Source: Amoebophrya sp. A120
Taxonomy: Eukaryota > Protista > Dinoflagellata
Assembly: GCA_905178155.1 (NCBI GenBank)
Contig: CAJINV010000028.1
Location: 231,235 to 295,234, forward strand
Direction of reading: 5' to 3'
DNA length: 64,000 nucleotides
Numbering within the stretch: the first letter of the stretch is position 1; each line of letters begins with the position of its first letter. A program made the translations under genes and the position numbers. The notes under the pieces are model-generated. The model saw only the letters and a list, made by a program, of their open reading frames with translations. It was not told where the DNA came from and ran no database searches. This document shows positions 35,187 to 46,700 of the stretch, in pieces.

Positions 35187-36395
35187 ACTGTTCTAGTACT
35201 TGATGTGGGATACAGTACTAGTACGTGTAGATGTGCTAAGTAAAGAAGAAAGTTCAGAGAAAAAGCAGAAAAAGCAAACAAGTTCTAGTTCCTTCTGATT
35301 TTTCAACTAATCCAACTACTTAAATCCACAGCACCAATCCAATATCAAATCGCATGTGTTTCCATGTTTGTATCACGATGTCAAGATCAAGAATGAAACA
35401 ACCATGGACAAGTTGAAACTGTAAAGTGACATACGTACTTTCGTACACTCACTCACTCAAGTGTCGTCGATCGTGCTAGACTGTCAAAGCGAGTTTGGGC
35501 TCAACAACTTCAACTGATTCAGGTTCATTCTGCTCCTCCTCAAGTCTTTCTGGTGGAGACAATAGCACTGTTGCTGGCACTGTGTTCACAACAACCCCTC
35601 ATCGGTCAAGAGCTTGTTTTTTCTCGCGTCATGGTCTTAGCGAGTTGGATCATATCAGATCTTCTTTACGACTAGTCGCATCAATTGCATTTGTCGCTAG
35701 AGCGTCGTCTTTGTCTGCTATCGCGAGATCGAGATTACTAGACAGACCCTAGAACCGGAAAACCGAACCTCTGAGGCTGAATCATGTACACGGGCAGTTT
35801 TGACTGAAGGGTTTGGGAAAATAAAATCATGAAGATGAGCAGTTTATTTCCCCAGAAGAACATAGTACTCGGGAGGTCAAGATCGAGATCATAAAGAGCA
35901 GCAGGCACAATAAAGAAGATCTTTTATACTTTCATAGAGTTTCACTCTCACATGTGCACTTGCACTGTCGATTTTTCGGTCGAAAGGCTCGCGCATTTGC
36001 GTTACTCCTGATTCGTACAGATGATGCCGCCTGCTGCGCTTTTTTTCTCAGGGGTCTCCCGAAATCTTTTTCAGGTACAGCTGCGCGAACAAACCAAAGC
36101 CTGGGCGTAGAGCAAAATCTAAATCAAAATCTTAGACCAAGTTCAAATCTTCTGCGGGGAGCTGCAGTAAATCTACGCGCTGCCATCTCACACAATGATG
36201 CTCGGAACTCAGCTAAGTACGAAACCGAAGCCGCAAGTCCAATGTAGCGATCGACTTCGGAATAAATCTGTAGGATCTGCTTCAGTGCGAGTCTGACTGT
36301 GCCCCCGGTTAGGTACCCGGATGACATCAGAAAAAAAACGAAGAAAAATGCGCTGCAGTCACTGTTGTATTTGTAGTAGCCACAAGTTTGCCGGT

Positions 36396-37118
36396 CTACT
36401 TGCCCGGGACGTCCCTCCGCCACTTGGTGGTCGGCCAATCAGCCTCAAAGCTCTCGTATCCGTCCGCCTTCATCTTCTCCCTGTGGTCGGCGCGCGCTTT
36501 CTCTGCGCCCTCCCCGCGAAGATAGAAGCTGCGCGCTGGTTTTTTTTTCCCTTTGACCGGCGCGGAATATTTGCGGCATTCGCACCACCTGAAGCAAAGA
36601 ACGTGCGCAGTGGGCGGCTTGGCCAGCGGCGTGAGCATCTGTAGCCGAGAGCCCCAAGGTGAGTGCCGGAGCAACGTTAAAAAAAAAGCAGTGCGCCGCC
36701 GGCTCACCCGCAGCTCCTTGGGTGTGTTCCCCTGGTCATGCGACTCGAGCGGCCGGAAAAATTTCGTGCGCTGGTCTGCTTTCTCTCCAGAGCGGCCTGG
36801 CGGTGCGACGGCCGGGGCGGTACGAGAGAGCGGCGATCCCCAAAATTCTTCCAAGATCATGTTCAAGGCGGCGGCGGGGCCGTTGCCGGTGCTCCATACC
36901 TGGCGGTAGGTCTTCGCCGCGACTTCCTGCAACTGCTTCACTCGGTCCGCCCCCTCCTCCTCCACGACGAATACCTCCGGGCGATTGACCAGGAGCCGCA
37001 GGCCGAAAGACACACCGAACGAGGCGTCGTCTCCGAAGTACTCGGCAAGCTTCCTCGGTATCCAGTGCAAACGCGTCTGGGCATGGAATGATGCAGGGCT
37101 CCTAAGTGCTATGGGCAC
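36396..37118 (-). CDS. Hypothetical 240-aa ORF (separate gene or terminal exon of the upstream gene)
   Basis: Long GC-rich ORF; basic C-terminus KPARSFYLRGEGAEKARADHREKMK weakly AP2-like. Confidence 0.55.
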   Translation of the reverse strand: MPIALRSPASFHAQTRLHWIPRKLAEYFGDDASFGVSFGLRLLVNRPEVFVVEEEGADRVKQLQEVAAKTYRQVWSTGNGPAAALNMILEEFWGSPLSRTAPAVAPPGRSGEKADQRTKFFRPLESHDQGNTPKELRVSRRRTAFFLTLLRHSPWGSRLQMLTPLAKPPTAHVLCFRWCECRKYSAPVKGKKKPARSFYLRGEGAEKARADHREKMKADGYESFEADWPTTKWRRDVPGK

Positions 37119-37297
37119 TCGTCTACAGAAACTTCAGCTGAAAAGAAAATGCAAAATCTTTCACGTGCGTTGCAGCTCAAGGCCGCTCGCAGCTTGTCAC
37201 GCAACGAATAGAAAATCATGTGTAGCAACTACGCGGCCAAGTAAAACTTGCGGGGGCGCCGCCCCGTTTTTGCGTTTGACTTTGCCCGCCATGGCCC

Positions 37298-40200
37298 TCA
37301 TCTAATAGCTGGCCAACATTCCCCGGCCCCGGCCCGGACGCGTTTGCATTTCGTAGGCGGCGACGGCAGTGGTGCGCCATTCGGAAAATACTCCAGCGCC
37401 CAGCTCCGTTCAAAATCTTCAAGCTCCCGCGCTTCGACGTCTGCGCGCTTTTGCTCGACGGTCTGCTTCTTCGAGCGCGGAACTACTGAGCGGAAGTAGG
37501 CATATCCACTGCAAACGTGTCTGGGTCTAGAAACTTGTCATGACCAATACAGAGTACTCAGCACACGGCGCCCGTCCTGATTAAAGCCAAGCATGACAAA
37601 ATCTGAAGGCGCTGCCTGATGCCGCTGCGTAGTGCGCATGGCATTCGCGGGCCCTGTGCTTTGCATGACAGCAACGGGCTCGGTTTTCCTTTTGTTGGTC
37701 AGCATGCAGCATAGAGCAATTTACACAGGAAAGAAGCAGGAAACTGCCAGCGACCCGAGGCCCGGGCACATTTGCAATGCGTAAGACTCTCAGCCAAGCA
37801 ATCCGCTCCGCGGTGGTTGCTTCTTTGCTGGCCTTGAGAAGTGCTTGCGCACTGCGGTGATCAAGGTCAGTGTCGAAGCGGCAACCCCGCCGCTCCTTCA
37901 CAGCAGGGCACCAAAACTTTTCCCGCTTTCCGGTCGCCGGGTCGTCCAATTCGCACCGCGCGCCCTTCTCGGGGCCATAGTCCCGATCGTACAGGCAAAC
38001 GTAGAGCCTTTCAAACTCTCGGCATCGCTTGTTGCTCGAGTGGTCTCGGAAAGCCTTCTGCACGGCAGTGGCCTCATCACGGCACTGGTGGCATAGCAGC
38101 AGCTCCTCCGCCGGCAACCAGTGGAAGCATGGGGAAAGACTCGCCGCAGCCGGCACACGGTCCGCCTCAAGCACGCCGGCCTCACCGCCACCCGCCCAAT
38201 CCCGGGCCGCCTCCCTTCCCACCACGTCCGGCATGCGCTCCGTCGCGCCTTCTACGAAGCAGAGGCAACAACGCCCCACATGGTCCGCGCGCTCCCAATG
38301 GTTTGCCCATCGCTTTCCCCTCTTCATTGACGAATCTCGACGCTTGGAGGCAGAAGACGGGCGAGCCAGCGCGCTGCTGGCCCGTGCCTGAGAGGGGTCC
38401 GCCACAATTGTTGCACGCGGGCCACCAGCAACGACAACGCTTCGGCTCCGGTTGCAATTCGTGGAGTTCGCACTTGCGGCCGGTAGTCTCATGGTCTGTA
38501 CATCCGGCGCCGGGACCTTCTGTAGCTCCTCCTGTTTTTGGTCTGCTGCGGCTGATGTTCTACGTCCCGACCTGGTACCCGCAACTGCAACAGATGAGCT
38601 CCCGCTCTTGGTCTTGCCCACGGCAACTTAGATATGGACTGCAAATGTGTCTCAGTCTGGAAAGATTCAAGCTTCTCATACTTGGCTGACAGGGAAGAGA
38701 AACCTGTCATGCCAACTGCACTACAGCCTCTTCTCTTCGTCTACAATCATGCAATTTGTCACGCGGGTTTTTTTTACAGAAGATTTAGCAGGCGATACCT
38801 TTGTCATGCGTGCCTCCGTCTGTTGTAAATGTGATAGACACAGATCGTCATCCACCGATCAGCATGATAAGTCCACTCCAGACCCAGACACCAATTTCCA
38901 GTTGATAGACCGCAACGCCAGCACTGGCTTTAGAAGAAGACTGCTTTTTATTCACTGCACCTAGGTCCTTCGAAAACTTGGAAGAAGAAGATCCAGCTGC
39001 AGCTCCTTCTCCAGAACCAACTGACAATTGCTGCAACTCCTTCTCCAGAAAGTCCTCCAAGTCCGACTGCAGTTGCGATTTTCTCGCCGCTTTAGAATTC
39101 AACTTAGAGGTCAAAGCCTCCATGCGGTTGTCGTCTTTCTTTTTCACCGTTCCCGGTCTCGCGTTGCTGCAGGAGCTCGTGATAATACCCCCCTGACTCA
39201 TTCTACTGGGTGCTCGTTTCATCGCTGGGGTTTTGGAAGAGCTTGACTTCGAGTGTAATATCTCCGGTTGTTGCTCTACTTCTTCTTGCAGCAGAAGTTC
39301 ATGCTCATTATTCGCCTGCTTTTTACTACTCTTCTTCGCCGATTGCTTCCTCACCATTCCGCTCGCTCCATCCGCGGCAGAAGGGATACTAGAGCCTCTT
39401 GGTTCTGCTACCGAACCGGTCCGCTTTTTCGCCACGGTGGAGCTAGCGTCAGACTTTGCAGTTTTTGTTCCGGCAGCAGATGCCTCTGCCTCAAGGACTC
39501 TCTTGACGGAGGATTTCGATTTCGATTTCGCTTGCTTCATGTCAGCATCCTGTTTCTGGCGTTTCTGTTCGGCGATAGACATCTGCTTCTCACTGCGCTC
39601 TTGTTCCGCCACGGCTTTGCTCGCGGCTTTCGAGTTGCTGTAGGTCATTTTTCGTTTCATCACTGTGCTTGAAGAGGTCGCTTTTAGTTTACCAGCGGGC
39701 TGCGCGTCTTCTGTGTCGACGTCGAGCGTGTAGTAGTTTTCGTTGGCCTTGACAGCTGACGTCTTGTTCGCGGCAAAAGTACTAGCCTCGTCCTCGACTT
39801 TTGCCTTGTTGGAGGCTGTCGTCCTCCGCTTTTTTGCGACCGGGTTAGCAAGAGCATCGGAGTTTGCTTTTTCCTGCTTCGGATTGCAGCTCTTTTCGGT
39901 TCTAACAGACGCGTCCAGGATGATCTTCTTCGTGTTGGTAGATTTCGGTTTGGATTTCGCGCTGGATTTTACGTCAGATGAATCCTGCTTCTGTTCTTGC
40001 GCGACAGACATCACCCGCCCACTGCGAGCTTGTTCAAGAACTCCAGCCTTGTTCGTATCCTGAGTAAAAACGTACCCACCCCATAGTTGTAATGCAAATC
40101 TGCATGCTGAAAATGTTTCTCATGCGGAGCCCCATGAGAAGCATTTCATAGTCGTGTTTTGCAATTTGTCATGCTCCAATCAGCATGGTATGCTAGATCT

Positions 40201-43200
40201 GTGATGCTCCTGAGCTAGCTCAAACAGCACTACAATACGAGTCCAAATTTGTCATGCAAAACAGCCAAAACTTGTGGATTTGTGTAGCCGATTCCCCATC
40301 TTGACTATGGTGTGGGTACGTTTTTACTCAGGATAGTTCGCTTTCGCACTGCTGGTCGTTCTCCGTTTCGTCACTTCGCTATCACCTGCAAAAATGTCTG
40401 GGTCTGGAAGAATGAAAGTTTCAGTTTGTCATGCTTGTCTGGCATGACTCGAGAATCTGTGCTGCATAGGCACGACAAGGCCCTCTTGGTTGTCATGCCA
40501 AAACGCAGTTTGCCATGCGGAATATATAAGACATGGCAGCCAACACATTTGTCATGCGTAGCTGCGTACTGCAATGCGTTTTTCATTCACTTTTAGCATT
40601 ACAAGTTTCCAGACCCAGACATTTTTGCATTTGATATTCGCCCGAGGAAGGCAAATCTTCTTTCACCGTGCTCTTGCGCTTCAAGTTCAACTTGGAAGAA
40701 GCTTCCAGCGCGGCCGGCTTCGCGCCACTAACCTCGTACTTGTCCTTGGCGATTCCCTTGCTGGAGGTGCCTGACTCCTTCCCAGTGGCCTGGTAGTATT
40801 TGAAGAATTTGGACATGGAACATATTTTTTTAGTAGAACAAGTAAAAATATAACCCTGATGTCTGTCGTGTGGTAAAAGCTACAACTACATAACGCCGCG
40901 GGCGGAAGTTCAGCTTTCGCTTCAGAAAGAAAAGCAAAAGAATCAATCTGGTATAATTCCCATGAGCTGCTCGTGCTCGTAACAAAATTGTTTTATACTT
41001 TGGCTTCCTTTCCTTTCTTGCCCTTCGTAACCGTTGGTGTTGGTTTTTCATTTTTCATTTGATTCTCCTCCAAATCCAGCTCCAGCAGGGTTTTTTTCGC
41101 CGCTTTTTTCCCGATCGCGTCTTCAGAGGAGGTGGTCTTGGTGTCGTTTCTCTTCTTCCCCAGGGCCGCGGAGGTACAACTAGAGCTCTTAGTTCTACTA
41201 ATACCGCCGCCAGTACTCTTTCTAGAAGCGGCAGCGGTTTGTTTCACTGCCACCTCTGTTTTCGACGATTGCTTTGTCGCTTTTCCGCCCGCAATACCTC
41301 CTGCAAGAGGCGTGCTAGAGCCTCTTGCGCCAGACTTTGCTTCCCGTTCCGGTTTGGCCTCTTCGGCAGCAAGAAACGCCTCGAGGACTTTTTCCTTGTT
41401 GGTAGTAGATTTCGATTTTTTGGATCGCGATTGCATCAACATGTCAGCGCCCTTTTTTAGTTCCATCTGGTCTCCCCCGATAGACCTCTGCTCAAGGTGA
41501 TCGTGCTATCCTGAGAAAAAACGTACCCACACCAGAGTCAGGATGGGGAATCTGCTAGACAAATCAGCCAGCTTTGGTTGTTTGGCATGACAAGTTTGTC
41601 CGCGTAGTGTAGTGCTGTTTGAGCTAGTTTAGCAGCATTACAGATCTAGTATCTCGTGCTGATTGGAGCATGACAACTATGGTGTGGGTACGTTTTTACT
41701 CAGGATACGTGCTCCAGCTTGCTCATCTTCGAGTTGTTGGCGGTCATGCTTCGTGGTCGTTTTATCACGTTGCCCGAGGATATCCTGAGTAAAAACGTAC
41801 CCACACCAGAGTCAGGATGAGGATTTTGCAACACAAACCTAGGAGTTTTGTGAGTCACGCATGACAAGCTGCACTACGCAGTGTAGTGCAGGTTAGCAAG
41901 TGCAGCCGCATCACAGATTCGTCTGCTCATCCTGTTCACAGCATCACAAATTCCAAAACACGATGGGAAATGGCTCTCATGGGGATGCGCATTACAAGTC
42001 TTCCTATCTTTGCAAATCTGCATTACAACTCTGGGGTGGGGACGTTTTTACTCAGGATAGAGGAGACCGGTGATTCTTCATTCCCCGTGGTCGTGGTCGT
42101 GACCATATTAAGAGGAAAAATCCCCCCTCCCCACATCGCAAAGGTATGCTTCCGAAAATTTGTGTTGCTGATTTGAGACCACAAATCGCCTCTGTCTTGC
42201 AAGGAGGCAACTCCACAAGCTCCGCAGCATTGCGCAGGCGGTTTGTGATGCTGACGGGCCTCCAGTACGGACGTTCCTCATGCTAGACGCCTAGGCCAAA
42301 ACCTCTCTACTTAGGCTTAGTATGGGCCTGCATTTCTCTCCAGCAAGACAGATCTGATTTGTGTACGCAAATCCTGCATCAGAAACTTCGTTTCGATATG
42401 GGGAGGGGAGATTTTTCTTTTTGATAGACCATCACGGTGCCCGAGGTGGTCATTCTCCTTGGTCGCTTTTGTTCACCAACGAGCACGGTGGCTTGTTCAA
42501 ACGGGTGCTTTTCGTTGGCCTCGAAAGTGGAAACTGACCTCTTCGAATTCTTCGTTCCGCTGGCCGCGGCACTGGTGGACTATCAAATGTAAAAATGTCT
42601 GGGTCTGGAAGAGTCCATGTTTGTCATGCGTGTCTGGCACGACTCGCAAATCTGTCATGCACGTTACCCAAGAGCGCCACTTTTCCGTCATGCAGAAACG
42701 CAGTTTGTCATGCAGAATACAATAGGCAACACCTAGAAGCTCAGAAACTTCTCATGCTGAGCCAGCACTTGTGGCTTCCTCATGATATGCCACCCAGCAT
42801 CACAAGTTTCCAGACCCAGACATTTTTACATTTGGTATTCTCCGTGGTCGTTTTATCACGTTGCCTGAGGAGCCCGGGTTTTGTTCACCTCCACCGAGCA
42901 CGGTGGCTTGTTCAAGCGGGTGCTTTTCGTTGGCCTCGAAAGTGGAAACTGACTTCTTCGAATTCTTCATTCCGCTGGCCGCGGCACTGGTGGACTATCA
43001 AATGGAAAAATGTCTGGGTCTGGAAGATGTGTCCATGTTTGTCATGCGTGTCTGGCACGACTCGCAAATCTGTCATGCACGTTCTTACCCAAGAGCGCCA
43101 CTTTTCCGTCATGCAGAAACGCAGTTTGTCATGCAGGATACAATAGGCAACACCTAGAAGCTCAGAAGCTTCTCATGCTGAGCCAGCACTTGTGGCATCC

Positions 43201-46200
43201 TCATGATATGCCACGACCCAGCATCACAAGTTTCCAGACCCAGACATTTTTACATTTGGTATTCTCCGTGGCCGTTTTATCACGTTGCCCGAGGAGCCCG
43301 AGTTTTGTTCACCTCCAACAACTACGGTGGCTTCAAGCGGGTGCTTTTCGTTGGCCTCGAAAGTGGAAACTGACCTCTTCGAATTCTTCTTTCCGCTGGC
43401 CGCGGCGCTGGTGGACGAAGACTGTATCACCGGCTCTATTCTAGCAACAGACGCCTCCGCCTCGCGGCCCTTTTTGCTGGTGGATTTCGATTTTGATTTC
43501 GCTCGCCTCAAGTCAGTATCCTGCTGCTGTTCTTCATCCGCGAAGATGGGGAAGAGCTGCTCATTGCCGTTCTGTTCCAGCACCACGGCCGTGCTCGCTT
43601 TCGAGCTGTATCAACTGGAAAATGTCTGGGTCTGGAAGAATCCAACTTGTTATGCTGATTTTGGATTCTAAAAAAATCTGTATTGCATGAGCAGCAAAGA
43701 GAGTCCAAGTTTTGCTACACGGAAAGAGCATTTGTCATGCGGCATAGGCATCAGGAAGCCCTCACAAAATCTGTGATGCTAGGGCATGCATCACAGACAT
43801 CAGGAGTCATGCAAAATGTGCATGACAAACCTGGCAATCTTCCAGACCCAGACATTTTTACTTTTGATAAGCTGTTGTAGTTGTTCATTTTCCGTTTCAT
43901 CGCTTTGCCGGAGGAGGCGAGCACGTCCTCTGCATCGAGCGCGTTGTAGTACTTTTCGTTGGCGGCGTCAACAGCGGAGACTGACGCCTTCGATTCCCTC
44001 TTTTTTCCACTGGCCGCGCCGGCGCCGATGGACTTCCTGGCCTGCTTGGATTTGGAAGCTGATGCGCCTTTGCTTCCATTGGTATCGTTCCCCAATCCCA
44101 CCGTGCTCTTGCGCTTGGAAAAAACTTCGAGGCCGGCCGCCTCCGCGGGAACAGCGTCCTCCTCGTGCGTGAGTTTTGCCTTGCTGGCGGTGGCTGACTT
44201 GTTGTCGGTGGCCTGGTAGTATAATTTTGACATTAATCATTGGAACATCAAGTAAAAACTGCGCAGTGTGTACTGTGGCAAAAGCCGAGGAAAGTTGAAG
44301 CTCATCTTTCGGTTTACATTTACAAAAAGAAATAAGAGCGTCATATTACGTGAAGATCGTGCTGCTCGTAACGAATTTGCACTTACCTTCTTTCCCTTCT
44401 CTACTTTGCCGCTCGGATTTGAGGGTTTTTGATTCTCCAAACCCTCCTGGCGCTGTGTTTTTTTTCTGAATTGCAAAAATGTCTGGGTCTGGAAGATTCT
44501 CAGATTTGTCATGCATGTTCTGCATGGCCCAGGATGTCTGTGATGCGCGACCGCGCATCACAGGTTTTGACCTGGCTTCCTGATGCCTACTCCGCATGAC
44601 AAACGCCCTCCCCGCGTAGCACAAACTAGACTCCTCTTGCTGGTCATCCAATACAGATTTTTGTTTTTCTAGAGTCCAAAGTTAGCATCACAAGTTCCAA
44701 TCTCGCAGACCCAGACATTTTTACAGTTGATATTTTTCTGTTCGCTTTTATCTTCCTCCTGTGTCACTTTTAATATTGCGGAACTTTTTCTGCCTTGTTT
44801 CGAGGACTTGGCTGCTGCACCCGTTCCGCTGGCCGCGGCACTGGTGCACGAAGACTGTATCACTGGCTTGGAAGTTGTGTTTTTGTTTCCATTGTTGTCG
44901 CTCACTCCAGTCGTGTTTCTGCGCTTGGGCTCGGGAGAAACTTCGGTGTCGGCAAGCTCCGCGGCAAATAGAGCCTCCTGCCCGTGTTCCGCTTTTGCCT
45001 TACTGGAGCTGGCGGACTCCTTGCTGGTGGCGGCGGTGGACTAGTAGTATTTTAATTCAGACGTCATTTGATGGAACAAGGAAAAACTACGATATGCGTA
45101 TAAATGTAGTGCTGGCAGAACGGATTTTTACATCGCGCTGGGTTCTTACATTCTCATTCAGCCTTTGCTTTACAAAAAGAATAGAAAATAACGCGGGGTC
45201 TTTTGCTGGTACTGACGAGTAATAAATAAATAAATACTTTCTTATCTTGCTTCCGATTGCCCTTCGGGTCTGACGATTTTTGACCCTCCAAATGGTCCCC
45301 CTGGTCCTCGTGCAGCTGCGCATTATTTCTGTGCTTGCTTCTACCTCGTGCGGAAGGTTCAGCCTGCACGGCCGTGGTTGTTGAATTTCTTTGCTTTCTG
45401 CTAGAAGAAGAAGCTGCATTGTTGGCGGAGGTATTGACTTTGCAATCTTCCTCCGGTGTCGCTTTTGCACAACTTTTTCTGCCTTGTCTCGAGGACTTGG
45501 CTGCTGCACTTTTGCAGCATTTCTTTATCTCGTTCCTCTTCGGCATCCTTCTTGCTTGAAACTTTTATTACGTCAGTTAGGAAATAGCAATACGTGTGTC
45601 GCTTGTAGGTCGTGATTGCTGTATCAGTCGAAATTGTAAACGATTCTGCACCTAGCAGTTGCAATGATTGTGATTCTTACAAAAAGTTAACATAATTAAT
45701 AGCTGTCTTTCACCGTGATACTTTTTTTCTTCCTAATTTTGATTGTGTCATACTAGGAAAAGGTTGAGTTGATGTAATGTCGTTTGTCTAGCTGACAAAA
45801 AAAACGCAAAAATGTGGATCGTGTTCGCCGGTTCCCGCCGACAAGATGCTTCTCCAAAAAGCTCCAATGTTGACATCATGCCCCACGTGAGGGATCGATT
45901 TGTGTGAGACACTTCTTCATCAAAAACAACTCGCCTGGTTCGTACCCAGAAATTGTCTGCGGTGCGGCACAACAAGAAAGCGGAACAAAGCGCAACATCC
46001 TTCACGATCTTTCTATCAGCGGAACAAAAAACAACATCCTTTCTGAAAATGAGAAACTGATGTGATCTTCTATCTTCACCGCCTTCAGCTCAAAAACAAA
46101 CCAAAGAGCAGAGCAATCACAAAGAAATGATCATCGTGATTCACGAACTCGTGCTGACAAACGTGCGTGCATAAGGATAGGAACTTCGAACATCTGACAG

Positions 46201-46700
46201 CAGGAGCAGGTGCGTAGCTGTTGCTCGCCTCAAGCAGCAGTTGCAGGAATCGTTCGTCGACTTTTCTTTATTCTTCGATGAATGGGTACTTACTTATTAC
46301 CGACATATTCTTCTATACGAGCGGAATTCATCCAGCGATAATTTGGATTTGAATGGGGCTTTTGATTCTCCAAACCCTCCTGGTGCTGCGTTTTTTTCTG
46401 TTCGCTTCTACCCCGTCTGTTCACAAAGTGCGTGTCATTTCGCGCGGATGAAGGTTCAGTTTTACGCTTTTTCGGTCCCCGCAGCTCTTCTTGGTCGTTG
46501 TTCTCTTCCTGCGCAACAGACGCTTTGGCCTGCGCGTTGGTGGACTTCGAATTCCCTTGTTTGGAGGAGGAGGTATTGGCTTTGCAATCTTCCTCCTGTG
46601 TCGCTTTTATTGCACAACTTTTTCTGCCTTGTTTCGAGGACTTGGCTGCTGCACTTTTGCAGCACTTCTTTATCCCGTTCCTCTCCGGCATCGTTACTTG
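37298..46700 (-). CDS. Very large Lys/Ser/Ala-rich protein built from duplicated exon modules, with a C-terminal Cys/His cluster; 11 introners; 5' end unresolved (may extend to ~47700)
   Basis: ORFs 37581-38621 (CCLC..CFH..CHQC), 38848-40014, 40993-41466, 43224-43586 and 43751-44233 linked by introner removal (checked at 37503, 38633, 42996) or GT-AG introns; recurring TSAAASG, ANE.YY..LD.ED and SKQ.RKS modules. Confidence 0.65.
37503..37783. mobile_element. Introner family A
   Basis: TATCCACTGCAAACGTGTCTGGGTCTAGAA...CACATTTGCAATGCGTA; flanks aggca/agact. Confidence 0.8.
38633..38907. mobile_element. Introner family A
   Basis: A TIRs; flanks ttaga/gaccg not duplicated; +5 removal gives AGVAVVAVGKTK. 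Confidence 0.85.
40056..40335. mobile_element. Introner family B
   Basis: Near-perfect B TIRs; TSD gttcg/gttcg. Confidence 0.95.
40380..40636. mobile_element. Introner family A
   Basis: A TIRs; TSD ttcgc/ttcgc. Confidence 0.95.
41507..41707. mobile_element. Introner family B, internally deleted (201 bp)
   Basis: B TIRs; TSD cgtgc/cgtgc. Confidence 0.95.
41781..42059. mobile_element. Introner family B
   Basis: B TIRs; TSD gagga/gagga. Confidence 0.95.
42106..42426. mobile_element. Introner family C
   Basis: C TIRs; TSD gacca/gacca. Confidence 0.9.
42581..42837. mobile_element. Introner family A (tandem-duplicated with its exon; no TSD)
   Basis: A TIRs; flanks tggac/ttctc. Confidence 0.9.
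42996..43261. mobile_element. Introner family A (duplicate of 42581-42837)
   Basis: Near-identical interior and the same non-matching flanks. Confidence 0.9.
43609..43869. mobile_element. Introner family A
   Basis: A TIRs; TSD agctg/agctg. Confidence 0.95.
44465..44732. mobile_element. Introner family A
   Basis: A TIRs; TSD ttttt/ttttt; empty paralogous site at 46385-46405. Confidence 0.95.

Larger units (their letters stand above)
42465..43416. repeat. Tandem duplication of exon plus introner, ~415-bp unit, three exon copies
   Basis: cgggtgcttttcgttggcctcgaaagtggaaactgac at ~42502, ~42917, ~43338. Confidence 0.9.

Noticed and set aside
37841-38689. 282-aa plus-strand ORF and other long antisense ORFs (16656-17309, 9474-9881)
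   Set aside because: Shadow ORFs of GC-rich minus-strand exons
42459-43444. Recurring peptides FQTQTFLHL, KCKNVWVWK, LPDPDIF, GGGIFPFD and KNVPTP in many short ORFs as a protein family
   Set aside because: They are translations of the A, C and B TIRs in various frames, not coding sequence
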